A program made the position numbers and the translations under genes. Under the pieces are notes generated by a model that saw only the letters and a program-made list of their open reading frames with translations, was not told the origin of the DNA and ran no database searches. Of a stretch of DNA of 64,000 nucleotides, positions 35,270-43,902 are shown piece by piece. This DNA is from a virus. Its lineage: Duplodnaviria; Caudoviricetes. The DNA lies in IMG/VR virus record IMGVR_UViG_3300025018_000093. One strand, given 5' to 3'. Within the stretch, counting starts at the first letter, position 1. Every line of letters starts with the position of its first letter.

Positions 35270-37558
35270 ATGTCAGCAGAGAACGGGAGCAAGTCGGGGA
35301 ATCGGATGGAGGTGGGGTTGTTCATTCCGCTCCCCGAAGTACTTGCCGAGGAGTGCCCCTCTCTGGCCCCGGAAGACAACTCAGTCCCTCACGTCACATT
35401 CCTGTATGTTGGAGAAGTACCCGGGGAACGGGAGGACGAGTTCCTCCAAGTGGTCCAGGAAGCTTTCTCTTCACTGGGTAATGTCCATGCTTCCCTAGGG
35501 AAGCTGAGTTACTTTGTACACCCCGAGCAAACCATCGCACACATGCGTGTGCGGTTTGATCAGGATCTGCGGGGTGCTCGTCAGCGTCTCCGTGAGTCTC
35601 TGGAGGCTGCAGGGTTCTCTGTGGAGGATAGCTACCCCCTTGTCTATCATCCACATGTCACCCTTGCCTACCTGGAGGGAACCGACCGAGTCTACGAAGG
35701 TCCCCGCCCTTACGGCGGGTGGACGTTCAATAGCATCGAAGTTTGGGGTCTTCCCCAGGTGCATACGGTGCGATTCGGGGTCAATCCTCAGAGAGTAGCC
35801 TTTGCGTGGAGTCTCGTTGCCAAGTACCAGAAAAAGGTCAAGGACGAGGAGGGGAACACGCATTATGAGTACGGACCTCGGCAGGTTGCGGAGCGACATA
35901 AGGAGAAGGCCAAGAAGGTTGAGAAGCTCCGCAAGTCTATAGGTGGTCTTCGGGAGCGTGTTCTCTCGGATCTCCAGGGAAAGGATGAGAAGAAACGCCT
36001 TCTGGCTTTGGTTGTGGCGCTAATTGATGCCACCTATGAGCGAGTGGGAAATGAGGACTCTGCCAAGGATGGCCACTTCGGTGTTACGGGGTGGCAGGCG
36101 CAGCACTTGGAGATTAAGGGAGATAAGGCAACAATCACGTATGTCGGGAAGAGTGGGGTCAACCAGAAGAAGGTTGTGGATGATCCTCGCATCCTGTCGG
36201 TGCTTCGAGAAGTGTCCAAGGACAAGTCTGGAAAAGATTCCTTGATGGCCTATGGGGAAGAGCAGCTCATTAGCTCTAAGGATGTCAACGAGTATCTCTC
36301 CAAGTTTGGGGTCACGGCCAAGGACTTGCGTGGCTTCCATGCCAATAGAGAGATGTCGGAGCGTTTGAAGAAGCTTCGGAAGAAGGGTCCTACCCTTCCG
36401 AAAGGTCGGAAGGAAAAGGATGACGTCTTGCGGAAGGAGTTTGAGAAAGCTCTTGCGGAGACTGCGGATGCTGTAGGGCACGAGGAGGCCACGCTTCGCT
36501 CGGAGTACCTAGTGCCAGGGTTGGAGGATGACTTTCTCCACGACGGGACGGTTTTGGACACGTACCTGAAGAAGGGCACCAAGACGCGGACGCAAGCCGA
36601 GGATGAGGAGGTAGAACGCCTGGTTCGTCCAAGCCCGAAAAAGAAGCCCCCAAGGAAGGACAAGCGGCGGAATCAAGTTCAGATCAAAGACTCGGACCTA
36701 GGCCAGGGTGACCGGGGGGACGATAAGGACTTGTCTTTGAACTACAAACGTGTTGGTGGCGAAAAAATTCGTCAATCGACGTCCTATAACGAGACTCTTA
36801 TAGGCGAGAGGGTAGGGCATGGTGAGGGGATTCCTCCACTGTTCTCTCAAACCGCCGCCATGCATTGGAGGGAAGACATGCCTCGAAGAATGACTAAGAA
36901 GGGCGCTCAGCAAGTTGTGGTTGAATTGGACCGTCTCGCCAGTGTGATGCAAGATCACTGGGAAGCGCTGGGCGTTCCGAAGAGGGCAGCCTTGGATCTG
37001 GCATACCGCTGTGATCTCCTGTCGGACTACATCGAGAAGAGTGCTGGTCTCCAGCCCTCGGTGAAGAACGAGGGGTTTGATCCCTCGGAAATCGCCGCAG
37101 AAGAGTCCGGTGCGCTGGAGAGCAACAAGGACGAAGCCTACACTAAGAAGAACTTCACGGAGCAGGAGCACCGCGAGCTTCGCGAGAAGCAGGAAGCTGG
37201 AAAGCTCCCTAGCGCGGAGAAGTTGGCTTCCCAGCATGGCTTCAATCTGTTTGCCTCCGACTTCTACAAGCTGTCACCCATCCTTTTGGGTGAAGTGAAG
37301 GCGGATGTCGCGCAGAGGTTTGAGGAAGATCCTAGCAGACGTCGCATCTACAACGTGGATGCCATTCTGCGAGAGGTTGCCAGAGATTATTGGCAACAGA
37401 CTTCGAAGGATGATCGGTTTGATCTCATGAGTGCTCTTGATCCTGGCGTGGGAGTTAAGAGTGTTGCTTTGAGCCAGAATGTAAGACAGATCCCCGTCGA
37501 GATTGCAAAGAGACTTCTCACCAAAGAGCGCAAGTGGGCAGAGAGCTTGCTCAGATAA
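35270..37558 (+). CDS. multidomain protein: 2H phosphoesterase + topoisomerase IB-like domain + head-protein domain
   Basis: PHVTF and PHVTL (two HxT motifs); ERVGN, YVGKSG, AKDLR, VGHE, SEYL (TopoIB pentad); C-terminal domain paralogous to the 37603 ORF. Confidence 0.85.
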   Translation: MSAENGSKSGNRMEVGLFIPLPEVLAEECPSLAPEDNSVPHVTFLYVGEVPGEREDEFLQVVQEAFSSLGNVHASLGKLSYFVHPEQTIAHMRVRFDQDLRGARQRLRESLEAAGFSVEDSYPLVYHPHVTLAYLEGTDRVYEGPRPYGGWTFNSIEVWGLPQVHTVRFGVNPQRVAFAWSLVAKYQKKVKDEEGNTHYEYGPRQVAERHKEKAKKVEKLRKSIGGLRERVLSDLQGKDEKKRLLALVVALIDATYERVGNEDSAKDGHFGVTGWQAQHLEIKGDKATITYVGKSGVNQKKVVDDPRILSVLREVSKDKSGKDSLMAYGEEQLISSKDVNEYLSKFGVTAKDLRGFHANREMSERLKKLRKKGPTLPKGRKEKDDVLRKEFEKALAETADAVGHEEATLRSEYLVPGLEDDFLHDGTVLDTYLKKGTKTRTQAEDEEVERLVRPSPKKKPPRKDKRRNQVQIKDSDLGQGDRGDDKDLSLNYKRVGGEKIRQSTSYNETLIGERVGHGEGIPPLFSQTAAMHWREDMPRRMTKKGAQQVVVELDRLASVMQDHWEALGVPKRAALDLAYRCDLLSDYIEKSAGLQPSVKNEGFDPSEIAAEESGALESNKDEAYTKKNFTEQEHRELREKQEAGKLPSAEKLASQHGFNLFASDFYKLSPILLGEVKADVAQRFEEDPSRRRIYNVDAILREVARDYWQQTSKDDRFDLMSALDPGVGVKSVALSQNVRQIPVEIAKRLLTKERKWAESLLR

Positions 37559-37602
37559 CTCTTGTGCATGGCTTTCAACCTGTTTGTGAAGGGAAGAACA
37601 AG

Positions 37603-38037
37603 ATGGCCGTAACCAAAAAAGGTGCCCTCCAGGTGAGCCAGGCTATGGACCGCCTCGCCTCTCTGTTTCAACAGGATCATGCGGTGATGGGTGTCGCCCC
37701 ACGCATCGCAGAGGACTTCGCGATTCGCTTGGACCGAATGTCGGATCTGGTGGAAAAGAGTGCGGGTGTGGTACGGGCAGAGTGGTTTGATAAGGATGTG
37801 GATGGGGACTTCGATCCTCGGGAGGTTGGCAAGGCGACGCCTTCACAGGATGACGATGAGCCCTACGTCCGGGACAACTTCACGCAGCAGGAGTTCAGTG
37901 AGCTGTCCAGCAAGCAGAACACGGGTCAGCTCCCGTATGCGGATGTTCTCCCTGAGCAGGATATGATGGGAAAGCTAGCAAAGGCGGCTGAGGCGCTGGT
38001 TTCCCTGACACAAGAGCTGAAAGCTCGTAACCGTTGA
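37603..38037 (+). CDS. hypothetical head-cluster protein, paralog of the preceding C-terminal domain
   Basis: TKKGA.QV...DRLAS...EKSAG...FDP.E...NFT.QE shared with the 35270 ORF. Confidence 0.7.
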   Translation: MAVTKKGALQVSQAMDRLASLFQQDHAVMGVAPRIAEDFAIRLDRMSDLVEKSAGVVRAEWFDKDVDGDFDPREVGKATPSQDDDEPYVRDNFTQQEFSELSSKQNTGQLPYADVLPEQDMMGKLAKAAEALVSLTQELKARNR

Positions 38038-38045
38038 GGCTCCTA

Positions 38046-38702
38046 ATGCCTATCCGCAAGAGAGCTACATACATCAATCAACAGCAGCGGGCTACCGAGT
38101 TTCAAGTCGGGCAGCCCGTAACGCATTGGGGGCATCCGATTGAGGAATCGGGTCGTGTGACCGCAGTGTGGCCGGCTATTGGTCAGGTTGACGTGCAGTT
38201 CCCTTGGGGCAACGTTCGGGTTCCCGTTGAAGACCTCCAGATCATTGCAGACAGCACTTGGATTGTCACCCCGAAGAATGACAATACCCCAGGCGGAACA
38301 GCTACCCTGGTTTCGGGTGGTCCCTTTACGCTGAAGGATGCTCCCTATGATCCTCTTCCCCTCCCCGTGAAGGTGAAGACGGCTTCCCCTAGTCTGGAAC
38401 GTGTCGTGGTGGCCTACGTCAAGAAGGCTATCTACTGGCAGGAAAAGAATCGGAAGTACAGGGTCAGCCAGGGCGAGCGAGACAGTGGTAGCTTCCATTG
38501 TCCGCGTTGCAAGGAAACGATCCTTCGGGACGCCATCTACAAGCGCGAAGAGGGGCAGAGTGTGCGTCTTCTGGGTTGCCCCTCGTGTCTCTTTCTGGTC
38601 AAGAAGGAAGACTTGCTTGGGGTCGAGTCTTCCGCACCGGATTTGGAAGTTGCTATCCCCCAGGGAAAGAGCGTCATGATTCGCCTACTGCGGGGTGAGT
38701 GA
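38046..38702 (+). CDS. hypothetical protein with SH3-like and Zn-ribbon segments
   Basis: GRVTAVWPAIGQVDVQFP; CPRC...CPSC. Confidence 0.65.
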   Translation: MPIRKRATYINQQQRATEFQVGQPVTHWGHPIEESGRVTAVWPAIGQVDVQFPWGNVRVPVEDLQIIADSTWIVTPKNDNTPGGTATLVSGGPFTLKDAPYDPLPLPVKVKTASPSLERVVVAYVKKAIYWQEKNRKYRVSQGERDSGSFHCPRCKETILRDAIYKREEGQSVRLLGCPSCLFLVKKEDLLGVESSAPDLEVAIPQGKSVMIRLLRGE

Positions 38703-38703
38703 G

Positions 38704-40143
38704 ATGGCATTCCTTCGTTATGCATATGCGCAGGACATCCGCCAAGTCAGCTCCAAGACCTGGAGCAAGATACGAGTTTCGTCCACGACGGCGACTATCA
38801 GTCCCAACCTCCTGGAGCAGGCTAGCGAAATTCTGCACGAGCACTTCGATCCGAATAAGTACCTCCTGTCTCACGCCACTATCGTGGCCAGTGTGGACAC
38901 GTATGATGTTCCTGGGGTTGTCACAGGGAACATCAAGGAGGGCAGTCGAACAATCCAGCGCAAGTTCTCCAACTATCGAATCCTCCCCGAGTGCGATCCT
39001 TGGATCAACAACAACAATGACTCCTGGGAACGTCGTGTTCTGCTCAAGAGCTATGCCACTTTTGTTGGTGGGCACAACTTCGTAGAGCACGTTCAGATTG
39101 AGGAGCAAAGCAAGGGTCGCATCCTGGATGCTTGCGCGAGGGACATTGGGGACTCCGTCTACGTCGACATCCTGATTGCCACGGCGAAGAAGCACAAGTC
39201 CCTGATCAACTCCATCCAGTCTGGGGAGATGGGGACCCTGTCGATGGGGTGCTCTATTGACTTCTCTCAATGCACTAAATGTGGACATGTGGCTGTTGAC
39301 GAAGCCGATATGTGCCCCTGCGTGCGGTATGAGAAGGGCAACTACTTCTATGATGATTCCGGTCGTCGGCACCGCGTAGCCGAACTCTGTGGGCATCACT
39401 CTGTGAATCCCACAGGGGGTGTGCGATTCATCGAAGGATCTTGGGTCGGTGTTCCTGCCTTTGGTGGAGCTGTCTTGCGTACCATCCTCACCCCCGAGGG
39501 TGTCTCCGCAGAGCATTTGAAGCGGGCTCAGGCCCTGCTGATGAATCCTCCGAAGGTGTGGTCTCGTGATGTCCTCCAGGGTATTGCCAAGGCAGCTACC
39601 CTGTTGGCTTCTGCGAAGAAAGCCGCGTTCGACTTTGGAGGCGAAGAGGACGAGGCTGATGCTGACACCGGTGGTGAAACTGGTGGAAGCTCCGATGGTG
39701 GTGGGACTTTGAAGGAGCTGGAGGATGCAGCCTCGAAAGAGGTTGTCCGACGGCTCAAGAAGAAGCTCCAGGATGAAATCAACCCACCGCAACCTGTGGA
39801 CAAGACGAAAGAGTCTATCACGGATGAGGAGCTTAATCGGCAAGCTGCAGCACAACGTCTGTGGGTTGGAAATGTCTATCGAGACACCATCCAGACCATC
39901 ACAAAGATGGCTAGCTCAGACGTAGAGTTGATTAATGGGGTTGCCCAAGTCAACAATTCGTTCGGTGTAGAAGTCCCGGTCGAGTTATACCGGGCAGCGT
40001 TGAGGGTAGGATCGACCACCCGTCACCATGATCCTCGGAAATATCTCCGGGCATGTGGGCAGGTAATGGGTCGGACGCCAACCCTGGGGGAGTCGCGAAC
40101 TCTAGTCCGACTCGGTAACCTGCTCGCTCGCTTGAGCGGCTGA
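38704..40143 (+). CDS. putative prohead (maturation) protease with Zn-finger insert
   Basis: NFVEH...KGRILDA, LSMGC (candidate catalytic Ser), CTKCGH, GVPAF; position portal-protease-scaffold-capsid. Confidence 0.65.
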   Translation: MAFLRYAYAQDIRQVSSKTWSKIRVSSTTATISPNLLEQASEILHEHFDPNKYLLSHATIVASVDTYDVPGVVTGNIKEGSRTIQRKFSNYRILPECDPWINNNNDSWERRVLLKSYATFVGGHNFVEHVQIEEQSKGRILDACARDIGDSVYVDILIATAKKHKSLINSIQSGEMGTLSMGCSIDFSQCTKCGHVAVDEADMCPCVRYEKGNYFYDDSGRRHRVAELCGHHSVNPTGGVRFIEGSWVGVPAFGGAVLRTILTPEGVSAEHLKRAQALLMNPPKVWSRDVLQGIAKAATLLASAKKAAFDFGGEEDEADADTGGETGGSSDGGGTLKELEDAASKEVVRRLKKKLQDEINPPQPVDKTKESITDEELNRQAAAQRLWVGNVYRDTIQTITKMASSDVELINGVAQVNNSFGVEVPVELYRAALRVGSTTRHHDPRKYLRACGQVMGRTPTLGESRTLVRLGNLLARLSG

Positions 40144-40163
40144 CACAAGGGAGGTTTGCATAA

Positions 40164-41750
40164 ATGGGACGCAAACGAATGACCTGGACTCAAAGTAGAC
40201 GTGCTTCGGCGCCACCCGCAATTCCCGGCTATGATGACGCAGGGTACAGACACCCCGCTCACCAGACTCCGGATCCTGACTCGGACCAGTACGAGAACGG
40301 GGACATAAGTTCTTGGGCAGAGGACGTGCATCCGCCGCCCTACCAGAATAGCCGTCACCCCGCTGTCCCTACAGAGTCCGGTGGCTACAACCATCCGGCA
40401 GGCAACCCTGCCAATCTCAAGCAGGCTATGTATCGCAAGGCACATAAGTGCATTCGCATTGCACAGACCCTGCTTGGCCCGAGGGCAACAGTTGCACAGA
40501 TCGAGAACAAGGCGCTTTCGATGTTGGACTGGCCCGAGCGGAAGGTCCAGGCTTCTCTGAAGCACATTGCCTCTTCGCGTCAGGCCGCCTCTTCGCGTCG
40601 CTCTTGCGGTGAGATGGGCATGTACGGCATGTACGGACAGGATGACATGGATCTTCCGAATGCCGGCATGTATGAGGATGACATGGACGACATGGGTCTG
40701 TACGGCATGGATGACGAGTTGGGCATGGATGACGAGTTGGACATGGACGACGAGTTGGGCATGTTTGACGAGGAAGAAGACGAAGGCATGTCTATGCTCG
40801 ATGATGACTTCGATGATGACTTCGAGGAGGACTTCGAGGAGGACTTCGAGGAGGACATGTACGGGATGCTCGATGACTATGAGCAGGGCGATCCCGTCAT
40901 GGGTCCGCAGCGCATGGCTTCGCAAGAGGACAGAATGCTGGCCTCGATGCTTCGCGAAGCTCGCGTCAAGAAGCAGAATCGCTTCGCGGGTCTTGATGCA
41001 ACAGAGAAGCGGATGCTAGCTTCGATGCTTCGTCAGGCTGCTGCGGAAGAGGAAGTGGAAGAGGAAGTGGACGAGGAAGAGGAAGAGGGTGCCAAGAAGA
41101 AGGCTCGCTCTCGGAAGGCCGTCTCCACTCGTCGTGCTCTCACCCGTCGTCGTGCTGCTGAGGACGAAGAAGAGGGTGCTGAGGACGAAGAAGAGGAAGA
41201 GGGAGCTAAGAAGAAGGCTCGCCGCAACCGCGACCTGGATCCGATGGGTCTGATGGACGATCCGATGGACCGTCTGGCCTCCAAGGGAGAGGATGCGGAG
41301 CTTCGTGCCCTTTTTGAGAATGATCTCTTTGCGGCAGCTGCTCGTGTAGCTGCTGGGGAAGAGGACGAGGAAGAGGGTGCTGAGGAGGACGAGGAAGAGG
41401 GTGCCAAGAAGAAGGCTCGCTCTCGTAAGGCCGTCTCCACTCGCCGTAACCCCCTCCGTCGCCGTGCGGCTGACGAAGAGGAAGAAGACGAGGATGAGGA
41501 CGAGGACGAGGATGAGGACGAGGATGAGGAAGAGGAAGAGGAGGGAGCCAAGAAGAAGGCCACCCGCCTCGCTTCCGCACAGCGCCCTCGCCCCCGCAAG
41601 CCCGCTCGCAGTGGGTCGCCTCGCCGTCTCGGAAACATCCATACGGCTTCCTCCGGTGGCGAGCTCAACGAACTGTCGCAGCTCTGGGCTTCCGCTCCCG
41701 ATATCAGTGAGACCTTCGGGATCACGGAGACGAACCTCGACGTGGAGTGA
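40164..41750 (+). CDS. putative scaffolding protein, very acidic and repeat-rich
   Basis: Between protease and capsid genes; poly-E/D tracts alternating with KKKAR/RRRAA blocks. Confidence 0.6.
   Translation: MGRKRMTWTQSRRASAPPAIPGYDDAGYRHPAHQTPDPDSDQYENGDISSWAEDVHPPPYQNSRHPAVPTESGGYNHPAGNPANLKQAMYRKAHKCIRIAQTLLGPRATVAQIENKALSMLDWPERKVQASLKHIASSRQAASSRRSCGEMGMYGMYGQDDMDLPNAGMYEDDMDDMGLYGMDDELGMDDELDMDDELGMFDEEEDEGMSMLDDDFDDDFEEDFEEDFEEDMYGMLDDYEQGDPVMGPQRMASQEDRMLASMLREARVKKQNRFAGLDATEKRMLASMLRQAAAEEEVEEEVDEEEEEGAKKKARSRKAVSTRRALTRRRAAEDEEEGAEDEEEEEGAKKKARRNRDLDPMGLMDDPMDRLASKGEDAELRALFENDLFAAAARVAAGEEDEEEGAEEDEEEGAKKKARSRKAVSTRRNPLRRRAADEEEEDEDEDEDEDEDEDEEEEEEGAKKKATRLASAQRPRPRKPARSGSPRRLGNIHTASSGGELNELSQLWASAPDISETFGITETNLDVE
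40707..40856 (+). repeat. coding tandem repeats (MDDELG x3; DFEE x3)
   Basis: 18-bp unit x3 from 40707; (GACTTCGAGGAG)3GAC at 40818-40856. Confidence 0.9.
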
Positions 41751-41759
41751 GACTACGGC

Positions 41760-41933
41760 ATGCTCAAGCTCAGTTTTAGATCCAAGCGGTTTGCGCCCAC
41801 GCACACCATCTACTTTGAAGATGAATGGAACCAGTACGAGATGCAGGTTCAAGTTGACGAAGTAGATGGCATGGCCTGGGATGAGGACGGTGAGGCGGTA
41901 GCTGAGCGAAAGCGTCTGGGAGCCCCTTGGTAA
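41760..41933 (+). CDS. small hypothetical protein (57 aa, not in the ORF track)
   Basis: MLKLSFRSKRFAPTHTIYFEDEWNQYEMQVQVDEVDGMAWDEDGEAVAERKRLGAPW, read manually. Confidence 0.45.
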   Translation: MLKLSFRSKRFAPTHTIYFEDEWNQYEMQVQVDEVDGMAWDEDGEAVAERKRLGAPW

Positions 41934-42028
41934 ATCTTGGATGACAAGCTAAGGGTTGATCCCAACTATACTGTGCGAAAGGTGAAGCCCCTTTCCTGAT
42001 TCGACTTACACCCCGATGAGCCAAGTTG

Positions 42029-42065
42029 ACCGCCGTAGTTCTTCTGAACTGCGGCGGTTTTTTTT
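42029..42065 (+). terminator. Rho-independent terminator
   Basis: ACCGCCGTAGTTC-ttct-GAACTGCGGCGGT followed by a T run. Confidence 0.85.
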
Positions 42066-42188
42066 CAATAGCCGTTCGATACCTCCACCTTATCTGTGGA
42101 AGGAGAGCATGGTGCTCTCAATCTTAGATGGGGAGGACTAGTAGTGGTCACTTCTCATAACCCGCACCTCTGAACAGGGAGAATCGAT

Positions 42189-42872
42189 ATGACAGACAAG
42201 ATTCTTGGAGAGGCGTCGGGAGGTTGGACAGAGTCTTCGTCGGCATTGCGTCTTCTTCAACCCGGTATCCGAAACAGTTTGGATGTCCTGGTCGATGATG
42301 CGTTCACACAGACGAATCCGCCCAACGTCCGGACGGCGGGAACAGTCAGCACACAAGTCAACACTCGGATGTTTGGTGTGCCAGGCGGTTCCATTGCTTT
42401 TGTGCGACCCGACGCTCTTGGCGAAGGGTTCGTGGGCGGAAACGTGGAGGGTCTCGACGACGCCAGTCTGGAGACTTTCGTTCGTCCGCTGGGTGTGTTC
42501 ATCAACAACGCGAACGGAAACGCATACGAGAACCTCCCTGGCCAGGCCAGTGGGAAGGGTCCGTATATGTCTTCGCAGGGCGTCTACGGGAACGCACTTT
42601 TCGAGACACAGATCCTGGACGGTGATGCGATCACCGGGTTCGCTACCGGGGACACCATCCCCTACGTGGCGGGCGTGGAACTGATCGCAAGCCGCAACGG
42701 GTATCTGATGCCCCGGGATGCCATCGACGGTGGTGGTACCGTCCGATCTTTGGACGTCGCCGGTTGTGCCGCTGAGGTTGAGCATGGTCGCAGTGCTTCG
42801 ACGCTGATTGCCATCCTCAAGGTGCCTGCGGATTCCAACATCAACGAACTGATTTACGATCAGCGAATCTGA
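42189..42872 (+). CDS. putative head decoration/capsid-associated protein
   Basis: Immediately upstream of the capsid gene; SD GGGAGA; G/A/V/T-rich beta-type composition. Confidence 0.55.
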   Translation: MTDKILGEASGGWTESSSALRLLQPGIRNSLDVLVDDAFTQTNPPNVRTAGTVSTQVNTRMFGVPGGSIAFVRPDALGEGFVGGNVEGLDDASLETFVRPLGVFINNANGNAYENLPGQASGKGPYMSSQGVYGNALFETQILDGDAITGFATGDTIPYVAGVELIASRNGYLMPRDAIDGGGTVRSLDVAGCAAEVEHGRSASTLIAILKVPADSNINELIYDQRI

Positions 42873-42886
42873 GGGAGGAATCAGAC

Positions 42887-43774
42887 ATGGCCACATCAGG
42901 ACGGAACATTAGTGCCAAGCAGAAGCGTGAGATCATTGCTCGCTACCTGTCGACCCAGAATGGTCGGCACAAGCTGGCTGCCAGTCTCACCCAGCCGCTT
43001 CGCCTTCGCCGCGACTACTCGGCGGTCGGTCGTAAGACCTTCCTCGTGGAGCAGTTGCCGGATGGGGCTCTCCCCATCTATGACAAAGACCCCGATGTCA
43101 CTGCCTTCGTGATCGGTGAAGAGGGTGAGAACATTGTCGCGATGGTGAAGAGCCGCCGCGTGCTGTTCCCGCTGTTCGAGATCGCCTCGAACCCGGAAAT
43201 CCCCCTGACCCAGATCAAGGAGCGTCGGTACGACCTCATCGAGCGTTCGCAGGATCTCGCGCGTGCCGAGATTCAGGCTGCGGAAGACTCTCGCGTCTTC
43301 TCCATCCTGGACTCCATCGCCGTCTCCGGCTTCGATTCGGTTCCTGGTCAGACCAACCCCGACATCCCGGTTGTCGCACCCCTCAACGGTGCTGTGCTGG
43401 CTGACGCTTTCGCATCCATCGAGCGCCACGACCTTCGCGTCGCCCGTATGTACATGAACGCCGTCGACTACGCCGACATCCGCAAGTTCGGTCGTGACAT
43501 CCTCGACACCGAGACGCAGCAGAGCTTGCTCCGTACCGGCCTCATGGGGACGCTGTGGGGAGCCCAGCTCATCACCAGCCGTCTCGTGCCCGCTGGGACA
43601 GTGTACTGCTGCTGTGACCCGGAGATGTTCGGTAGGATTCCAGTACGCACTGAGCTTACCGTTCTCTCTGCCGACGATCCGAAGGCTCGCACCATCGGTT
43701 TCTCGGTCTTCGAGAACATCGGTATCGGCGCGTACAACCCGCGCGGTCTCGTGCGCTTGAGCATCAGCCGCTAA
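42887..43774 (+). CDS. major capsid protein, compact HK97/encapsulin-like fold
   Basis: SD GGGAGG; strongly C-ending codons; LAASLTQPLRLRRDYSAVGRK, LPDGALPIYDKD, C-terminal IGAYNPRG; terminator follows. Confidence 0.85.
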   Translation: MATSGRNISAKQKREIIARYLSTQNGRHKLAASLTQPLRLRRDYSAVGRKTFLVEQLPDGALPIYDKDPDVTAFVIGEEGENIVAMVKSRRVLFPLFEIASNPEIPLTQIKERRYDLIERSQDLARAEIQAAEDSRVFSILDSIAVSGFDSVPGQTNPDIPVVAPLNGAVLADAFASIERHDLRVARMYMNAVDYADIRKFGRDILDTETQQSLLRTGLMGTLWGAQLITSRLVPAGTVYCCCDPEMFGRIPVRTELTVLSADDPKARTIGFSVFENIGIGAYNPRGLVRLSISR

Positions 43775-43803
43775 GCCAATTTCCGGCTATCCTCGCTCAT
43801 CTG

Positions 43804-43837
43804 AACCCCTGGGGCTTTGGCCTCGGGGGTTTTTTTG
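43804..43837 (+). terminator. Rho-independent terminator after the capsid gene
   Basis: AACCCCTGGGGC-tttg-GCCTCGGGGGTT followed by a T run. Confidence 0.85.
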
Positions 43838-43902
43838 TATCTCCACTCAGAGGTACGAAACCGCTTGATCTGCCCTTTGGTATGAGGTACAGTTAGTTTC
43901 CG

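Noticed and set aside
26788-40925. Long minus-strand ORFs (for example 26788-27906, 38674-39855, 40023-40925)
   Set aside because: They are antisense shadows of GC-rich or low-complexity plus-strand genes, with no motifs or SD
40707-41540. Tandem repeats as a CRISPR array
   Set aside because: The units are 12-18 bp, in frame, encode low-complexity peptide, and lack unique spacers; no cas genes are present
41990-42020. GATTCGAC as a tmRNA or tRNA motif
   Set aside because: No GGGG 5' acceptor strand at the right spacing, no matching 3' end, and the gap is too short
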